In this document: one piece after another, positions 1-10,008 of the stretch
Position numbering within the stretch: the first letter of the stretch is position 1
Layout: each line of letters starts with the position of its first letter
Assembly: GCA_050179685.1 (NCBI GenBank)
Contig: JBFXEW010000005.1
Location: forward strand, 13,911 to 77,910
Source: Salinivirgaceae bacterium
Lineage (GTDB): Bacteria > Bacteroidota > Bacteroidia > Bacteroidales > SZUA-534
Direction of reading: 5' to 3'
DNA length: 64,000 bases
Made by a program: the position numbers and the translations under genes
The notes under the pieces: generated by a model
The model's database searches: none
The model's input: the letters and a program-made list of their open reading frames with translations, nothing else
Told to the model about the DNA's origin: nothing

Positions 1-699
1 ATAAAATCGACGTTTGCCAATCTCGAAAAATCATCGTCGAATCTCGATTCCATTGTTTCCGATGGTAAAACCCGAATCGATAATATATTAATATATACCG
101 AATCTATTACAAAAAATCTGGAAGCTCACAATCAGGATTTGGCAAATGCCATGCACAACATTTCAAACATAAGCGATTCGTTGGCACAGGCAAACCTGAA
201 ACAAACTTTATTGGCAACCCATAGTGTAATAAACCAATTGGACGAAATTACCCGAAAAATAAACGGCCGCGAAGGTACCCTGGGCTTATTATTGAACAAC
301 GACACCCTGTACCAGAACCTTGAAGATGTGTCGTACAATTTGAATCGCCTGGTTGAAGATTTGCGCTTGAACCCCAAACGCTACGTGCAATTTTCGGCCT
401 TTAACCTGGGAAAAACCGTTTATGTTGATCAAGACCAAAGCGATACCCGCGGTAAAAAAGAAAAAATTGTATACAAAATTCAGATTCACGCTTCGAACGA
501 ACCCATTGCATTAAAACCTGAAAATTTTAAAGGATACAAAAATGTAGATGAAGTTTTAGTCGATGGCGTTTATATTTACTTATTAGGAAATAAAAAGAAT
601 CTGGAAAGTGCCCGGCATTTTTTAAAAGAGGTAAATCAAGATTATCCTGAAGCATTTATTGTTGAAATTAAAGAACGAAGCTATACTCCGGTTAATTAA
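1..699 (+). CDS. MlaD/Mce-family protein, C-terminal portion (5' end outside window)
   Basis: Frame 1 is open from base 1 into the 139..699 ORF. The EGTLGLLLNNDTLYQNLEDV...LNPKRYVQFS block is typical of Bacteroidota MlaD-family proteins. Confidence 0.6.
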   Translation: MKSTFANLEKSSSNLDSIVSDGKTRIDNILIYTESITKNLEAHNQDLANAMHNISNISDSLAQANLKQTLLATHSVINQLDEITRKINGREGTLGLLLNNDTLYQNLEDVSYNLNRLVEDLRLNPKRYVQFSAFNLGKTVYVDQDQSDTRGKKEKIVYKIQIHASNEPIALKPENFKGYKNVDEVLVDGVYIYLLGNKKNLESARHFLKEVNQDYPEAFIVEIKERSYTPVN

Positions 700-961
700 C
701 TTTTTTATTAACAATAAAACCTATAAGTTTTGTGAGCTCATAGTTTGTTAACATTCAGGCGCTTGAAATCACATATAATTTAACTACCTGATTACCTGTA
801 GTTTAAAAATATTAAAAATATTTTTTTTCTTAAGAAATTGAAAAAGAAACCCATATAAAACTTTTTAAAAAGTCAATAGCAAAATGATTTTTTTTTTACT
901 TTTTTTTTCACAAAATTGCTTTCCGATTTAGGGGAATCACAAAAAAAATAACATTTAACCA

Positions 962-2389
962 ATGAATAAAGATTACCACCAGGTTTGGAGCAATTGTTTA
1001 CGCGTAATTAAAGACAATGTTCCAGCTATAAGTTTTCGAACATGGTTTGAGCCCATTGTTCCTATTCGTGTCGATAAAAATGTACTAACCATTCAGGTAC
1101 CAAGTCCGTTCTTTTACGAATACCTTGAAGAACAATACATTGACATTTTAAGACGTACCTTGCGTAACGAACTGGGTGAGAATGCCAAATTGGAGTACAG
1201 TGTTATTATGGAAAACAATGTGTACTCAAACAATACCCCTTATACCGTTAAATTACCAACAAACGATCGTCGGGAATTAAGCAACAAACCCCTATCCTTG
1301 CCTCTTGACGAACAAAAAACAATAAAAAATCCGTTTATTATTCCGGGGATTCAAAAGTTACATATCGATCCCCAATTAAATCCATCGAACAACTTTAATA
1401 ATTTTGTTGAAGGAGAATGCAACCGTCTTGCACGTTCTGCTGGTTATGCCGTAGCAAACAATCCGGGTAAAACAGCTTTTAATCCATTGTTTCTGTATGG
1501 TTCATCGGGATTGGGAAAGTCGCATCTGGCCCAAGCCATTGGAATTGAAGTAAAAGAAAAATATCCGGAAAAAGTTGTGCTCTATGTAAATGGAAATAAA
1601 TTCCACACCCAATTTGTAGAGGCAATACTTAACAATAATAGAAACGATTTTGTGCACTTCTATCAGATGATTGATGTGTTAATTATTGATGATGTGCATG
1701 AGTTTGCCGGAAAAGAGAAAACCCAGGATATTTTCTTCCATATTTTTAACCACCTGCATCAGAACAGCAAACAGTTGATTCTTACATCCGATAAATCGCC
1801 TGTCGATTTGCAGGGAATGGAACAACGCTTGCTTTCGCGCTTTAAATGGGGGCTTTCGGCCGATTTGCAGGTACCCGATTATGAAACCCGGATTGCTATT
1901 TTAAAACAAAAAGTTTACAACGACGGCATAGAACTCACCGACGAAGTTGTGGAATATATATCGTCGCAAATTACTACAAACATTCGTGAGCTTGAAGGAG
2001 CGCTGATTTCGTTACTGGCTCAGAGTACCCTGAATAAAAAAGAAATTACCATCGATTTAGCCCGAAAGATGATTGATCGCCTGGTAAAAAATACCAAACG
2101 CGAAATCTCTATCGATTATATTCAAAAAGTAGTTTGCGATTATTTTAATATGCCGCCTGAGGTTATTAACTCAAAAACCCGCAAACGCGAAATTGTTCAG
2201 GCCCGGCAAATCGCCATGTTTTTTGCCAAAAGTCTTACCAAGTCTTCGTTGGCAACCATTGGCAGCCAGATTGGCGGAAAAGATCACGCTACCGTACTTC
2301 ATGCCTGTAAAACGGTTAATAACCTGATAGATACCGACAAGCGTTTTCGAGGGTTTATTGATGAAATAGAAAAGAAATTAAAAATATAA
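962..2389 (+). CDS. dnaA: chromosomal replication initiator protein DnaA
   Basis: 475 aa with Walker A GSSGLGKSHL, box IIDDVHEF and the C-terminal DNA-binding region ...IGGKDHATVLHACKTV... Confidence 0.97.
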   Translation: MNKDYHQVWSNCLRVIKDNVPAISFRTWFEPIVPIRVDKNVLTIQVPSPFFYEYLEEQYIDILRRTLRNELGENAKLEYSVIMENNVYSNNTPYTVKLPTNDRRELSNKPLSLPLDEQKTIKNPFIIPGIQKLHIDPQLNPSNNFNNFVEGECNRLARSAGYAVANNPGKTAFNPLFLYGSSGLGKSHLAQAIGIEVKEKYPEKVVLYVNGNKFHTQFVEAILNNNRNDFVHFYQMIDVLIIDDVHEFAGKEKTQDIFFHIFNHLHQNSKQLILTSDKSPVDLQGMEQRLLSRFKWGLSADLQVPDYETRIAILKQKVYNDGIELTDEVVEYISSQITTNIRELEGALISLLAQSTLNKKEITIDLARKMIDRLVKNTKREISIDYIQKVVCDYFNMPPEVINSKTRKREIVQARQIAMFFAKSLTKSSLATIGSQIGGKDHATVLHACKTVNNLIDTDKRFRGFIDEIEKKLKI

Positions 2390-2401
2390 ATTGCATTTGA
2401 C

Positions 2402-2436
2402 AAAAAAGCTGCCTTTTTAAAAAGCAGCTTTTTTTG
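2402..2436 (+). terminator. rho-independent terminator after dnaA
   Basis: AAAAAGCTGC (2403-2412) pairs with GCAGCTTTTT (2424-2433), followed by a T-run, 13 nt after the dnaA stop. Confidence 0.6.
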
Positions 2437-2620
2437 ATTTTGTTTTCCCCCTTTTTTCTGAGCGTTGAATTTACTACTTTTGCTTCCTGTATTTAGCTTT
2501 TGGCTCATAAACCAAAACTTTTATCCTTTTTTGATTATTTTAACAGCCATATACGTTTGTACTAACTGCATAAATAAATCGTTATTGTTTAGTAGAAATT
2601 AATTGTAGAAAAACAGATAC

Positions 2621-4768
2621 ATGAAAGCATTACTGGCCTTATTGATATTCCTATTTAGTTTTGGAGCGCTTCAGCAAACTTTTTCTCAGGATGTTCAGGT
2701 TAATCGCTCAAACAATAAAGTAAGTCTCGGCGGAAAGCCCTATTATATTCACATTGTGCGCAAAGGTGAAACCTTGTTTGCCATAAGTCAGGCCTACCAG
2801 GTTCCGATTGATACTTTAAAAAAGGACAACTTGCATCTTACCACCGATATTAAAGTAAACCAATACATTAAAATAAGGATCCAGGAAGTAAAACAAGCAG
2901 CGGAACAAACTTTTAACTATCACAAAGTAGTAAAAGGTGATACGCCTTTTAATATAAGCAGAAAGTACCAACTATCCATCGATGAACTCTACCGGCACAA
3001 TCCGGATGCAAAACTCGGAATTCGAATCGGTGAATTGCTTAAAATACCTGCAAATCAGCCGGTAACTACTGTAAACGATACCGTGGATAATGAGCTTACT
3101 GCAAATACTCAAGCCACTTCAAGCGATACTTCGTTTATAACCCATGTGGTGAAACGAAAACAAACCAAATTTGGCATATCAGCCAGTTATAAAATTAGCA
3201 TTGAAGAACTTGAAGCAGCAAACCCGGGTTTAAAAGACCGGATGATTCAGCCCGGAGAACTGTTAAAGATTCCTCAAACTAAAAGTGATTTGCTTGAAAA
3301 TGAAGATTATGTTTATCACAAAGTTGCAAAACAGGAAACGCTGTTTGGACTGGCTAAAAAGTACGAGCTAAAAGAACGACATTTAATAAAAGCAAATCCT
3401 TTTCTTAAAGAGCGTGGCTTGCAGGAAGGCGATTTGCTTAAAATTGAACGTAATCCGATGACCGATTCCTTAAGCTTGGCCTCATTTACACCAGATACTG
3501 TAGTTCAGGAAAAAACACCAAAACCACAAGAACCAGTTATTCAAAAAGATAGTCTTATCCGACAAATTTGCCCGGTTCCGGAGCCCGATACGGTGACTAG
3601 CTATAAAGTAGCCTTGTTTTTACCACTTTACCTGAATATAAACGATACACTTGGAAAATTTGTCGATATTATTACAAAAGATGTCGATGGAAATGAAATA
3701 CTTGAGTCGGTTTTACGAAACGGAAAAATTGAAGATAAAATCTATCCCCGCTCAAAAATATTTTTGGAATTTTATCAGGGTGCTTTGTTGGCTTTAAAAG
3801 ACCTTAAAGAACTTGGCATTTCGCTCGAGGTACATGTTATCGATACCCGGAATGATAGTCTTTATATGGCCGAATTGCTTAAAACACGCGATTTTAGCGA
3901 CTTTAATCTGTTTATTGGGCCCGTATTTGGTGAATTATTAAGTCTGGTAGGCGATTATGCCTGGGAGCATCAGATAAATATTGTTTCTCCGCTTTCCATA
4001 AAAAGTGGCTTTATCGATCACAACCCATACGCATTCCAGGTTTCCCCCCCATTTAACGTGCAAATGCAACATGCATCAGAGTTTTTAAATAATTTTGATG
4101 TTAAGAACTATATTGTAATACACGATGGAAATAACCTGGATCAGGAGTATATTTCCTATTTCAAAGAACAGTTATTTTCACAAATGAACGAATCAAATTT
4201 CGATCAGATTAAGTACAATGAGGTTTTTTATTACGATGCTCAGGATAGTGTGCTTAAATCGGTATTTACTCCCGGAATGGAAAATATTGTAATTGTACCT
4301 TCGAGCAGTCAGGCTTTTGTAACCGATGTGATGGGAAAACTGAATGGCTACTCTTACGAATTTAATATTACCACCTTTGGACAACCGCGATGGGTCAGGT
4401 TTGAGAATATTGAACTCGATAACTTTCATAATACCCACACCCACATCTTTTCCAATTCGTACATCGATTATGGAACCAAAAATGTAATAGATTTTGTAAC
4501 GGAATACCGGAATCAATATAGCGCCGAACCCGATAAATATGCTTTTCAGGGTTATGATATTACCAAATATTTTTGTCAGGCTTTAAACCTTTACGGACAC
4601 GATTTCAGAAAATGCATTCACCAATACCGGCCTGAGCTTTTACAGACCCGTTTGTATTTTGTACCCTATTCTGAACAAGGTGGGTATCAAAACACGGCCA
4701 TTTACATCTTAGCATACACAAAAGATTACCGATTGATAAAGGCAGCATCCTATCCATCAGGCTTTTAG
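2621..4768 (+). CDS. secreted LysM-repeat protein with C-terminal periplasmic-binding-protein-like domain
   Basis: 715 aa with a signal peptide and four LysM-like repeats (GETLFAISQAYQV, GDTPFNISRKYQL, KQTKFGISASYKI, QETLFGLAKKYEL), followed by ~400 aa resembling a type-1 substrate-binding fold. Confidence 0.75.
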   Translation: MKALLALLIFLFSFGALQQTFSQDVQVNRSNNKVSLGGKPYYIHIVRKGETLFAISQAYQVPIDTLKKDNLHLTTDIKVNQYIKIRIQEVKQAAEQTFNYHKVVKGDTPFNISRKYQLSIDELYRHNPDAKLGIRIGELLKIPANQPVTTVNDTVDNELTANTQATSSDTSFITHVVKRKQTKFGISASYKISIEELEAANPGLKDRMIQPGELLKIPQTKSDLLENEDYVYHKVAKQETLFGLAKKYELKERHLIKANPFLKERGLQEGDLLKIERNPMTDSLSLASFTPDTVVQEKTPKPQEPVIQKDSLIRQICPVPEPDTVTSYKVALFLPLYLNINDTLGKFVDIITKDVDGNEILESVLRNGKIEDKIYPRSKIFLEFYQGALLALKDLKELGISLEVHVIDTRNDSLYMAELLKTRDFSDFNLFIGPVFGELLSLVGDYAWEHQINIVSPLSIKSGFIDHNPYAFQVSPPFNVQMQHASEFLNNFDVKNYIVIHDGNNLDQEYISYFKEQLFSQMNESNFDQIKYNEVFYYDAQDSVLKSVFTPGMENIVIVPSSSQAFVTDVMGKLNGYSYEFNITTFGQPRWVRFENIELDNFHNTHTHIFSNSYIDYGTKNVIDFVTEYRNQYSAEPDKYAFQGYDITKYFCQALNLYGHDFRKCIHQYRPELLQTRLYFVPYSEQGGYQNTAIYILAYTKDYRLIKAASYPSGF

Positions 4769-5095
4769 CAGAAAATAAACTCCGTTTAAGTGATTCTCTT
4801 TGTTGAATGTCAGTATCACGCTGATTCAATAATTCTGTAGTTTGAAGTATTCTCTACATTAAAATTCCATTCAAAATAGCTAATATATAAGTATTTAGTC
4901 CAATATTACAGCTGGGAGAAGCGGCTAATTGTAAAAAGATGGGCTCCGGCCTGCAATTATTGCAGTAAAATTAGTTTTTACAAAGTAAATTTCTAAATAA
5001 GGTACAAGGCTAATAATTGTATATAGAAAAAGGATAAAATAGGATAGGATTGAACAAAAAAGCCATAATTACACATGTAAACACATTGGATTTTG

Positions 5096-5112
5096 ACAAA
5101 TGTCACATTTGT
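5096..5112. promoter_or_regulatory. perfect palindrome ACAAATGT-C-ACATTTGT between convergent genes
   Basis: Read directly from the sequence. The same 8-mer recurs upstream of the HTH gene at 6712-6799. Confidence 0.25.
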
Positions 5113-5126
5113 AACGATAAATTCAG

Positions 5127-6164
5127 TTACTTTTGTAACGCATTTAAAAGTTTCTTATTAATCCTTTTGGCTATACCGGGCCCTTCGTAAATAAAGCCTG
5201 TATAAACCTGTACCAGACTGGCGCCTGCTTTTAATTTATCAAGCGCATCTTCAGGAGTAAAAACACCTCCTACACCAATAATGGGAAGTTTACCCTGGGT
5301 TTTATCGTTTATATATGCTATAAGCTCGGTAGAGCGCTCAGTAAGAGGCTTACCGCTGAGTCCACCATTGGCAATCCGAATAATATCTTCTTCCGGAGTA
5401 GTTAAACCTTGTCGCGTTACGCTTGTATTGCTTACCACAACACCATCAACACCAAGTCGTTCAACAACATCCAGGGTTTCATCCAACTGATGCGGGTTTA
5501 AATCGGGTGATATTTTTAAAAACACCGGTTTTTTTACCGACTGATTAGTCCGCCAATGCATTAATTCGTTTAATAATAACTCCAATTCTTCCTGATCCTG
5601 TAATTTATGCAAATCGCTAATATTGGGACAGCTTACATTAACCACAAGATAATCGACATAGGGATAAAGACCTGTAAAACAAGCCCTGTAGTCGTTTATA
5701 GCATCCTGATTTGGTGTCAGGGTATTTTTTCCGATGTTACCTCCAATTATCAGGCTGCTATTCCGCTTTTTAAGTCGTTCAATAGCGCTTTCCAAGCCAT
5801 TATTATTAAATCCCATCCGGTTTATTAAAGCATTGTCGGCAGGCAGACGGAACAATCGTGGTTTTGGATTTCCCTTTTGCGCAAGCGGGGTAACCGTACC
5901 TATTTCGACATGACCAAAACCAAAGCTTTCCAAAACATCATATACTTCGGCATTTTTATCGAAACCAGCTGCAACCCCTATTTTATTTGGAAATTTTATT
6001 CCGCACACCTCAGTTTCCATTTGTAAACATTCGCGATTGTATATTTTTGAAACCAACTTTTTAAAATAAAAAAAGCGAATAATCCGAAAGAAAAAGAAAA
6101 CAATGGCATGGGCTGTTTCAGGATTACATCTGAAAAATAAAGGGCGAATAAGGCGTTTATACAT
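5127..6164 (-). CDS. pyrD: dihydroorotate dehydrogenase (quinone), class 2
   Basis: 345 aa with an N-terminal membrane-association extension plus a TIM-barrel DHODH pattern (GFDKNAEV, NRMGFNN, GGVFTPEDA). Confidence 0.9.
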   Translation of the reverse strand: MYKRLIRPLFFRCNPETAHAIVFFFFRIIRFFYFKKLVSKIYNRECLQMETEVCGIKFPNKIGVAAGFDKNAEVYDVLESFGFGHVEIGTVTPLAQKGNPKPRLFRLPADNALINRMGFNNNGLESAIERLKKRNSSLIIGGNIGKNTLTPNQDAINDYRACFTGLYPYVDYLVVNVSCPNISDLHKLQDQEELELLLNELMHWRTNQSVKKPVFLKISPDLNPHQLDETLDVVERLGVDGVVVSNTSVTRQGLTTPEEDIIRIANGGLSGKPLTERSTELIAYINDKTQGKLPIIGVGGVFTPEDALDKLKAGASLVQVYTGFIYEGPGIAKRINKKLLNALQK

Positions 6165-6243
6165 GATTTATGTTGTTATTTTGCTGCAAATATAGCACAT
6201 TTAGCTATAATCCATAGAACAATTCCTGGACATATCACCAGTG

Positions 6244-6708
6244 TTATTTATTCGGCTGGTAAGCGCTAAAAGTCCCGTCGGTATAGAAAATAAGTACCTT
6301 CTCAATCGTCTTATCCGGTGTTTTATTCTCACTTTGTATTCCATAAGTACCTGGAGTTTCATCACTTGAAATATTGCCTTCCAAAGTATCACTTTTTTCT
6401 TCCGGAAGTTGCACCAGCGGTTCCGTCTTCTCCCTGTTTGCAATTTCTTGTGTTAAAGGCACCTGATCGTCAAATAACGAAGATTGTTTAGGCGCTTTAT
6501 AGACCTGACCTGTTCCCATGACCAACCATTCGGCATTGTATTTAGGATAGGTCCCCAATATCTTCTCCAGAAAGTCTAAACTGGGCTTATTCCGGCCCGA
6601 AAGTATATGCGATATACTTGAGCGTTGCACGCCTATTCTATCGGCAAATAATGATGCATTCAAACCCTCTGAAGTCATAATACGTACCAAACGTTCTTTT
6701 ATACTCAT
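6244..6708 (-). CDS. XRE/CI-like helix-turn-helix transcriptional regulator
   Basis: The N-terminal segment LNASLFADRIGVQRSSISHILSGRNKPSLDFLEKIL is a classic HTH_XRE segment. The C-terminal half is low-complexity. Confidence 0.75.
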   Translation of the reverse strand: MSIKERLVRIMTSEGLNASLFADRIGVQRSSISHILSGRNKPSLDFLEKILGTYPKYNAEWLVMGTGQVYKAPKQSSLFDDQVPLTQEIANREKTEPLVQLPEEKSDTLEGNISSDETPGTYGIQSENKTPDKTIEKVLIFYTDGTFSAYQPNK

Positions 6709-6710
6709 AT

Positions 6711-6799
6711 TACATTTGTTTACAAATACATTGTTACAAATGTAGGCATTTGTTTCAAATATAATTTCACAATTGGAAACCTATTTTTGTTACATTTGT
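6711..6799. promoter_or_regulatory. cluster of ACATTTGT/ACAAATGT motifs immediately upstream of the HTH gene (candidate operator)
   Basis: ACATTTGT at 6712-6719, ACAAATGT at 6736-6743 and ACATTTGT at 6792-6799, starting 4 nt upstream of the start codon at 6708. Confidence 0.3.
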
Positions 6800-7402
6800 C
6801 ATCAATGTATCAATCATCCCACCTTATATACTTCAATTGTGAATTAAAGTAACTGTTTTAATACGCTGAATTTTAGACATATATTAATTATAAATAGATT
6901 ATTTTCTACACGAAATCAAATTTCATCAAAATTTAATTAATTTATTGATATCAATAAACTTTGTATATTGTTGATAATACGACCAATACACTTATAATAT
7001 TTGAGTGTTTAATAATGTGAAACTGGATATATTTAAAGACTAGTAAGACCTTTTTTTTGTTCCGGAAAGAATATTTTTAGAAATTAAACTTTATAGCGGC
7101 ATTCGAATAATATCATTCATTTTGAAGAGCTCTCCTACTTTTGAGATTTTATATAATTTTTTTGCGGTTTCCCTTCGGAGCATCGCCTATTTACCATAGC
7201 TGGTAAGGAAAACAATAAAATATTCAAATCTCAGCGGGTTAAGATGCTGAAAAATCAAGCATAAATAGCTGGATATTAATGCAAAAACTTTGTATTATGA
7301 ATGAATGATTTTTAAGGGAACTATAGAAAACTTATAAAAAAGCAGTAAAAAGGAAGGGTTTAAGCCTGTTTTTATGCGGAATTTATTGACGGGAACGAAA
7401 AA

Positions 7403-8554
7403 TTACAAGTTAGCTATTGTGCTCCGAATAATTTCTGCCAACATTCGTGCTGCATCTTCCAACCAAAGAGGAGCTTTTAGCAAAGCCTCGTTTTCACTAA
7501 CAGGTCGTTTGCAAATGGGAATATATGCCGTAAAAAGTGCTCGTTGCGCTTCTGAAATTTTATCGGGAAAATTACCAGCCATTAAAAACACCTGCTTTTT
7601 ATTTTTCAATGCCAATGCCGCAACTCCCACCGGAGTTTTTCCATAAGCCGATTGGGAATCGAACGATCCTTCTGCAGTAATTACTATATCATGTTCAATG
7701 ATGTGTTGTTCCAAATCGACCCATTTTGAAATTACATCAAATCCTGATTTAATTGTTGCTCCCAAAAAACAAACCAAACCTGCTCCTAGTCCTCCGGCAG
7801 CGCCACCTCCCACCACGTTTGCCGCATCTATGTTCAAATCCTTTTTAATTTGCATCGATAGAATTTCCAGCTGCTTATCCAATTTTTCAATCATAGACCC
7901 ATCAGCTCCTTTTTGACGCGCGTAAACAAACGAAGCTCCTTGCGGACCAATCAGGGTATTCGTCACATCAGAGGCAACCGTAATTTTAGTAGTGGCAATG
8001 CGTTTATCAAGAGTCGATGTATCAATCCGATGCAACTTATCAAAAACTCCGGGACCGTCGCCAATATCTTTTCCCTGATTGTCTAAAAACCTTACCCCAA
8101 GAGCTTTAGCCATTCCTACACCTCCATCGTTGGTTGCACTTCCGCCAATTCCAATAATCAGCTCGCTGCAACCCAAATCAAGGGCTTTTTTAATTAACAG
8201 TCCGGTTCCGTAAGTTGAAGCAATCCAGGGATTCAATTCTTCGGGTTGATGAATTTCCAAACCATTGGCAGCAGCCATTTCAATAATTGCCGTGGTTTTA
8301 TCGGGCAAAATCCCCAGAAAAGCTTTATGCGGACGTAAAAATGAATCTAATACTTCTACAGCAACACGCTCACCTCCCTGAGCTGATAATATAGCTTCTT
8401 CGGTTCCTTCGCCTCCATCGGCCATGGGGATTACAGTTACCACAGCATCGGGAAAAACCTTTACGATACCTTGTTGAATAGCTGTTGCGGCTTGTTTAGC
8501 CGTAAGACAGTTTTTAAAAGAATCGGGAGCTATTAAAAAACGTGGGGTTTTCAT
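7403..8554 (-). CDS. glycerate kinase
   Basis: 383 aa. The N-terminus FLIAPDSFKNCLTAKQAA...IPMADGGEGT and the internal GIGGSATNDGGVGM are glycerate kinase family hallmarks. Confidence 0.9.
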   Translation of the reverse strand: MKTPRFLIAPDSFKNCLTAKQAATAIQQGIVKVFPDAVVTVIPMADGGEGTEEAILSAQGGERVAVEVLDSFLRPHKAFLGILPDKTTAIIEMAAANGLEIHQPEELNPWIASTYGTGLLIKKALDLGCSELIIGIGGSATNDGGVGMAKALGVRFLDNQGKDIGDGPGVFDKLHRIDTSTLDKRIATTKITVASDVTNTLIGPQGASFVYARQKGADGSMIEKLDKQLEILSMQIKKDLNIDAANVVGGGAAGGLGAGLVCFLGATIKSGFDVISKWVDLEQHIIEHDIVITAEGSFDSQSAYGKTPVGVAALALKNKKQVFLMAGNFPDKISEAQRALFTAYIPICKRPVSENEALLKAPLWLEDAARMLAEIIRSTIANL

Positions 8555-8661
8555 GAAAGCTTTGTATGCAATAGTTTATAGGCAAAGTTATATGCACTTG
8601 AATCGTTACATGGTTTGGGATTGCGATTCAAAGCAAATTTTACAAATCTGGTTTAACAAGC

Positions 8662-9876
8662 TTACTTTTCGTTTTCTTTTTTAACCAGCGAAACAAACTC
8701 CTCACCAATATCGGGAAGGGTGCTAAAAACCCGTTTCCAACTGGGAAGTCCCGGTACCATGTTTGGATTACTCAAAAAATTGACTCCCGCCTGATAAACA
8801 TTTCGCGACAACAAATCAACCAGGCGTTCTTCTTTAAACCTATCGAAAGCATACCCGTTCATTACGGCATCGTTATGGTACTGGTCCAGAATTTCAAAAG
8901 CAATGGATTGATAAGTAGCCTTTATGCTGCGAAAAAGCCCTTCGTTAAAAACACATCCTTCCGAAGCCAGTTTCGAAAATATAATCCGGGCAATATCGAT
9001 ACTCATTTTTGACAAACCTTTTTCAGGATTATCAAACGATTCGGTATGGTGCTTGTGATCGTAACGATCGGCAATTTCAACCTGGCAAATCCGATTTAAA
9101 GTATAATTTTTATAAACTTCGGCCAACATGCCCAGTTCAAGCCCCCAATCGTTTGGAATACGTATGGAATTCAATACATCGGCTTGCATAGCACACTCGC
9201 CTGAAAGCGCATAACGAAAACCATCGAGGTATTCGAGATACTCCAAGGGTCCTAAAAGTTTTTTTAAGGCCCGAAGCAGCGGCGTTACCAGCAACCTAAC
9301 CATGCGTCCGTTGATTTTTGTATCATCGGCTCTGAAATAATATCCCTTACAAAAGCGATAATTAAAACCCGAAGCAGCAACCGGATAAACTAAACGAGCC
9401 AAAAATTCCCTGTTGTAAGTAAGAATATCGGCACCATGCATGGCTACAACATCAGCTTTTTGTGAAGCCAGCGCATATCCAAAACAAAACCATAGGTTTT
9501 TGCCCAAATTAGAGTTGCCCAACTGAATATTGGCTTCGTTTATCCTGAACTGAAGGTTTTTCATTCCGGGTCCCTCATTCCAGATTATTTGATGGTGTTG
9601 CGGAAGTGCTGAAAAAATTTCACGGGCCTGATTAAAATCAGCAGCATTGGCTGCCTCAAGTCCAATCACTACCTGATTCAAATAAGGAATATCCTTAATT
9701 ACCTGTACCATATTTTTTAATGCCGGACGACTAAGATCGCTACCAGGCATGGGTATAATTAAACTTATTGGATGCAAATTTTTACACTGCACCAGCTCTT
9801 GCTCCATATCGGCTATTGGCCGATGCTTAAAATTATGAAAAGTCGTAACACAGGAATTCTGATAAAAATCGCCCAT
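8662..9876 (-). CDS. GT-A glycosyltransferase resembling mannosyl-/glucosyl-glycerate (or -3-phosphoglycerate) synthases
   Basis: 404 aa. The layout HGADIL...YFRADDTKINGRMVRLLV...LSGECAM...NDWGLELGML parallels the GT78/GT81-type glycosylglycerate synthase architecture as I remember it. It lies next to glycerate kinase. Confidence 0.45.
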   Translation of the reverse strand: MGDFYQNSCVTTFHNFKHRPIADMEQELVQCKNLHPISLIIPMPGSDLSRPALKNMVQVIKDIPYLNQVVIGLEAANAADFNQAREIFSALPQHHQIIWNEGPGMKNLQFRINEANIQLGNSNLGKNLWFCFGYALASQKADVVAMHGADILTYNREFLARLVYPVAASGFNYRFCKGYYFRADDTKINGRMVRLLVTPLLRALKKLLGPLEYLEYLDGFRYALSGECAMQADVLNSIRIPNDWGLELGMLAEVYKNYTLNRICQVEIADRYDHKHHTESFDNPEKGLSKMSIDIARIIFSKLASEGCVFNEGLFRSIKATYQSIAFEILDQYHNDAVMNGYAFDRFKEERLVDLLSRNVYQAGVNFLSNPNMVPGLPSWKRVFSTLPDIGEEFVSLVKKENEK

Positions 9877-10008
9877 AATACAAAATATTTAAGTTTCACT
9901 TAAAATATATGCCTAAAGTTAAGTAAATTCATCTGAATTTTAATCGCATTATAGGTGTGGTTTTTTTCAATTACGAAAAACATTTGTTCATATATAAAAA
10001 ACAGAACC

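Noticed and set aside
9955-10008. Upstream alternative starts given by the ORF track (9955 GTG, 54158, 55927 GTG, 56699 GTG, 58081 TTG, 43957 TTG, 39356)
   Set aside because: In each case an internal ATG yields a canonical N-terminus (signal peptide, Rossmann fold or family-typical start) and removes overlap with the upstream gene. The extensions look like read-through of intergenic sequence.
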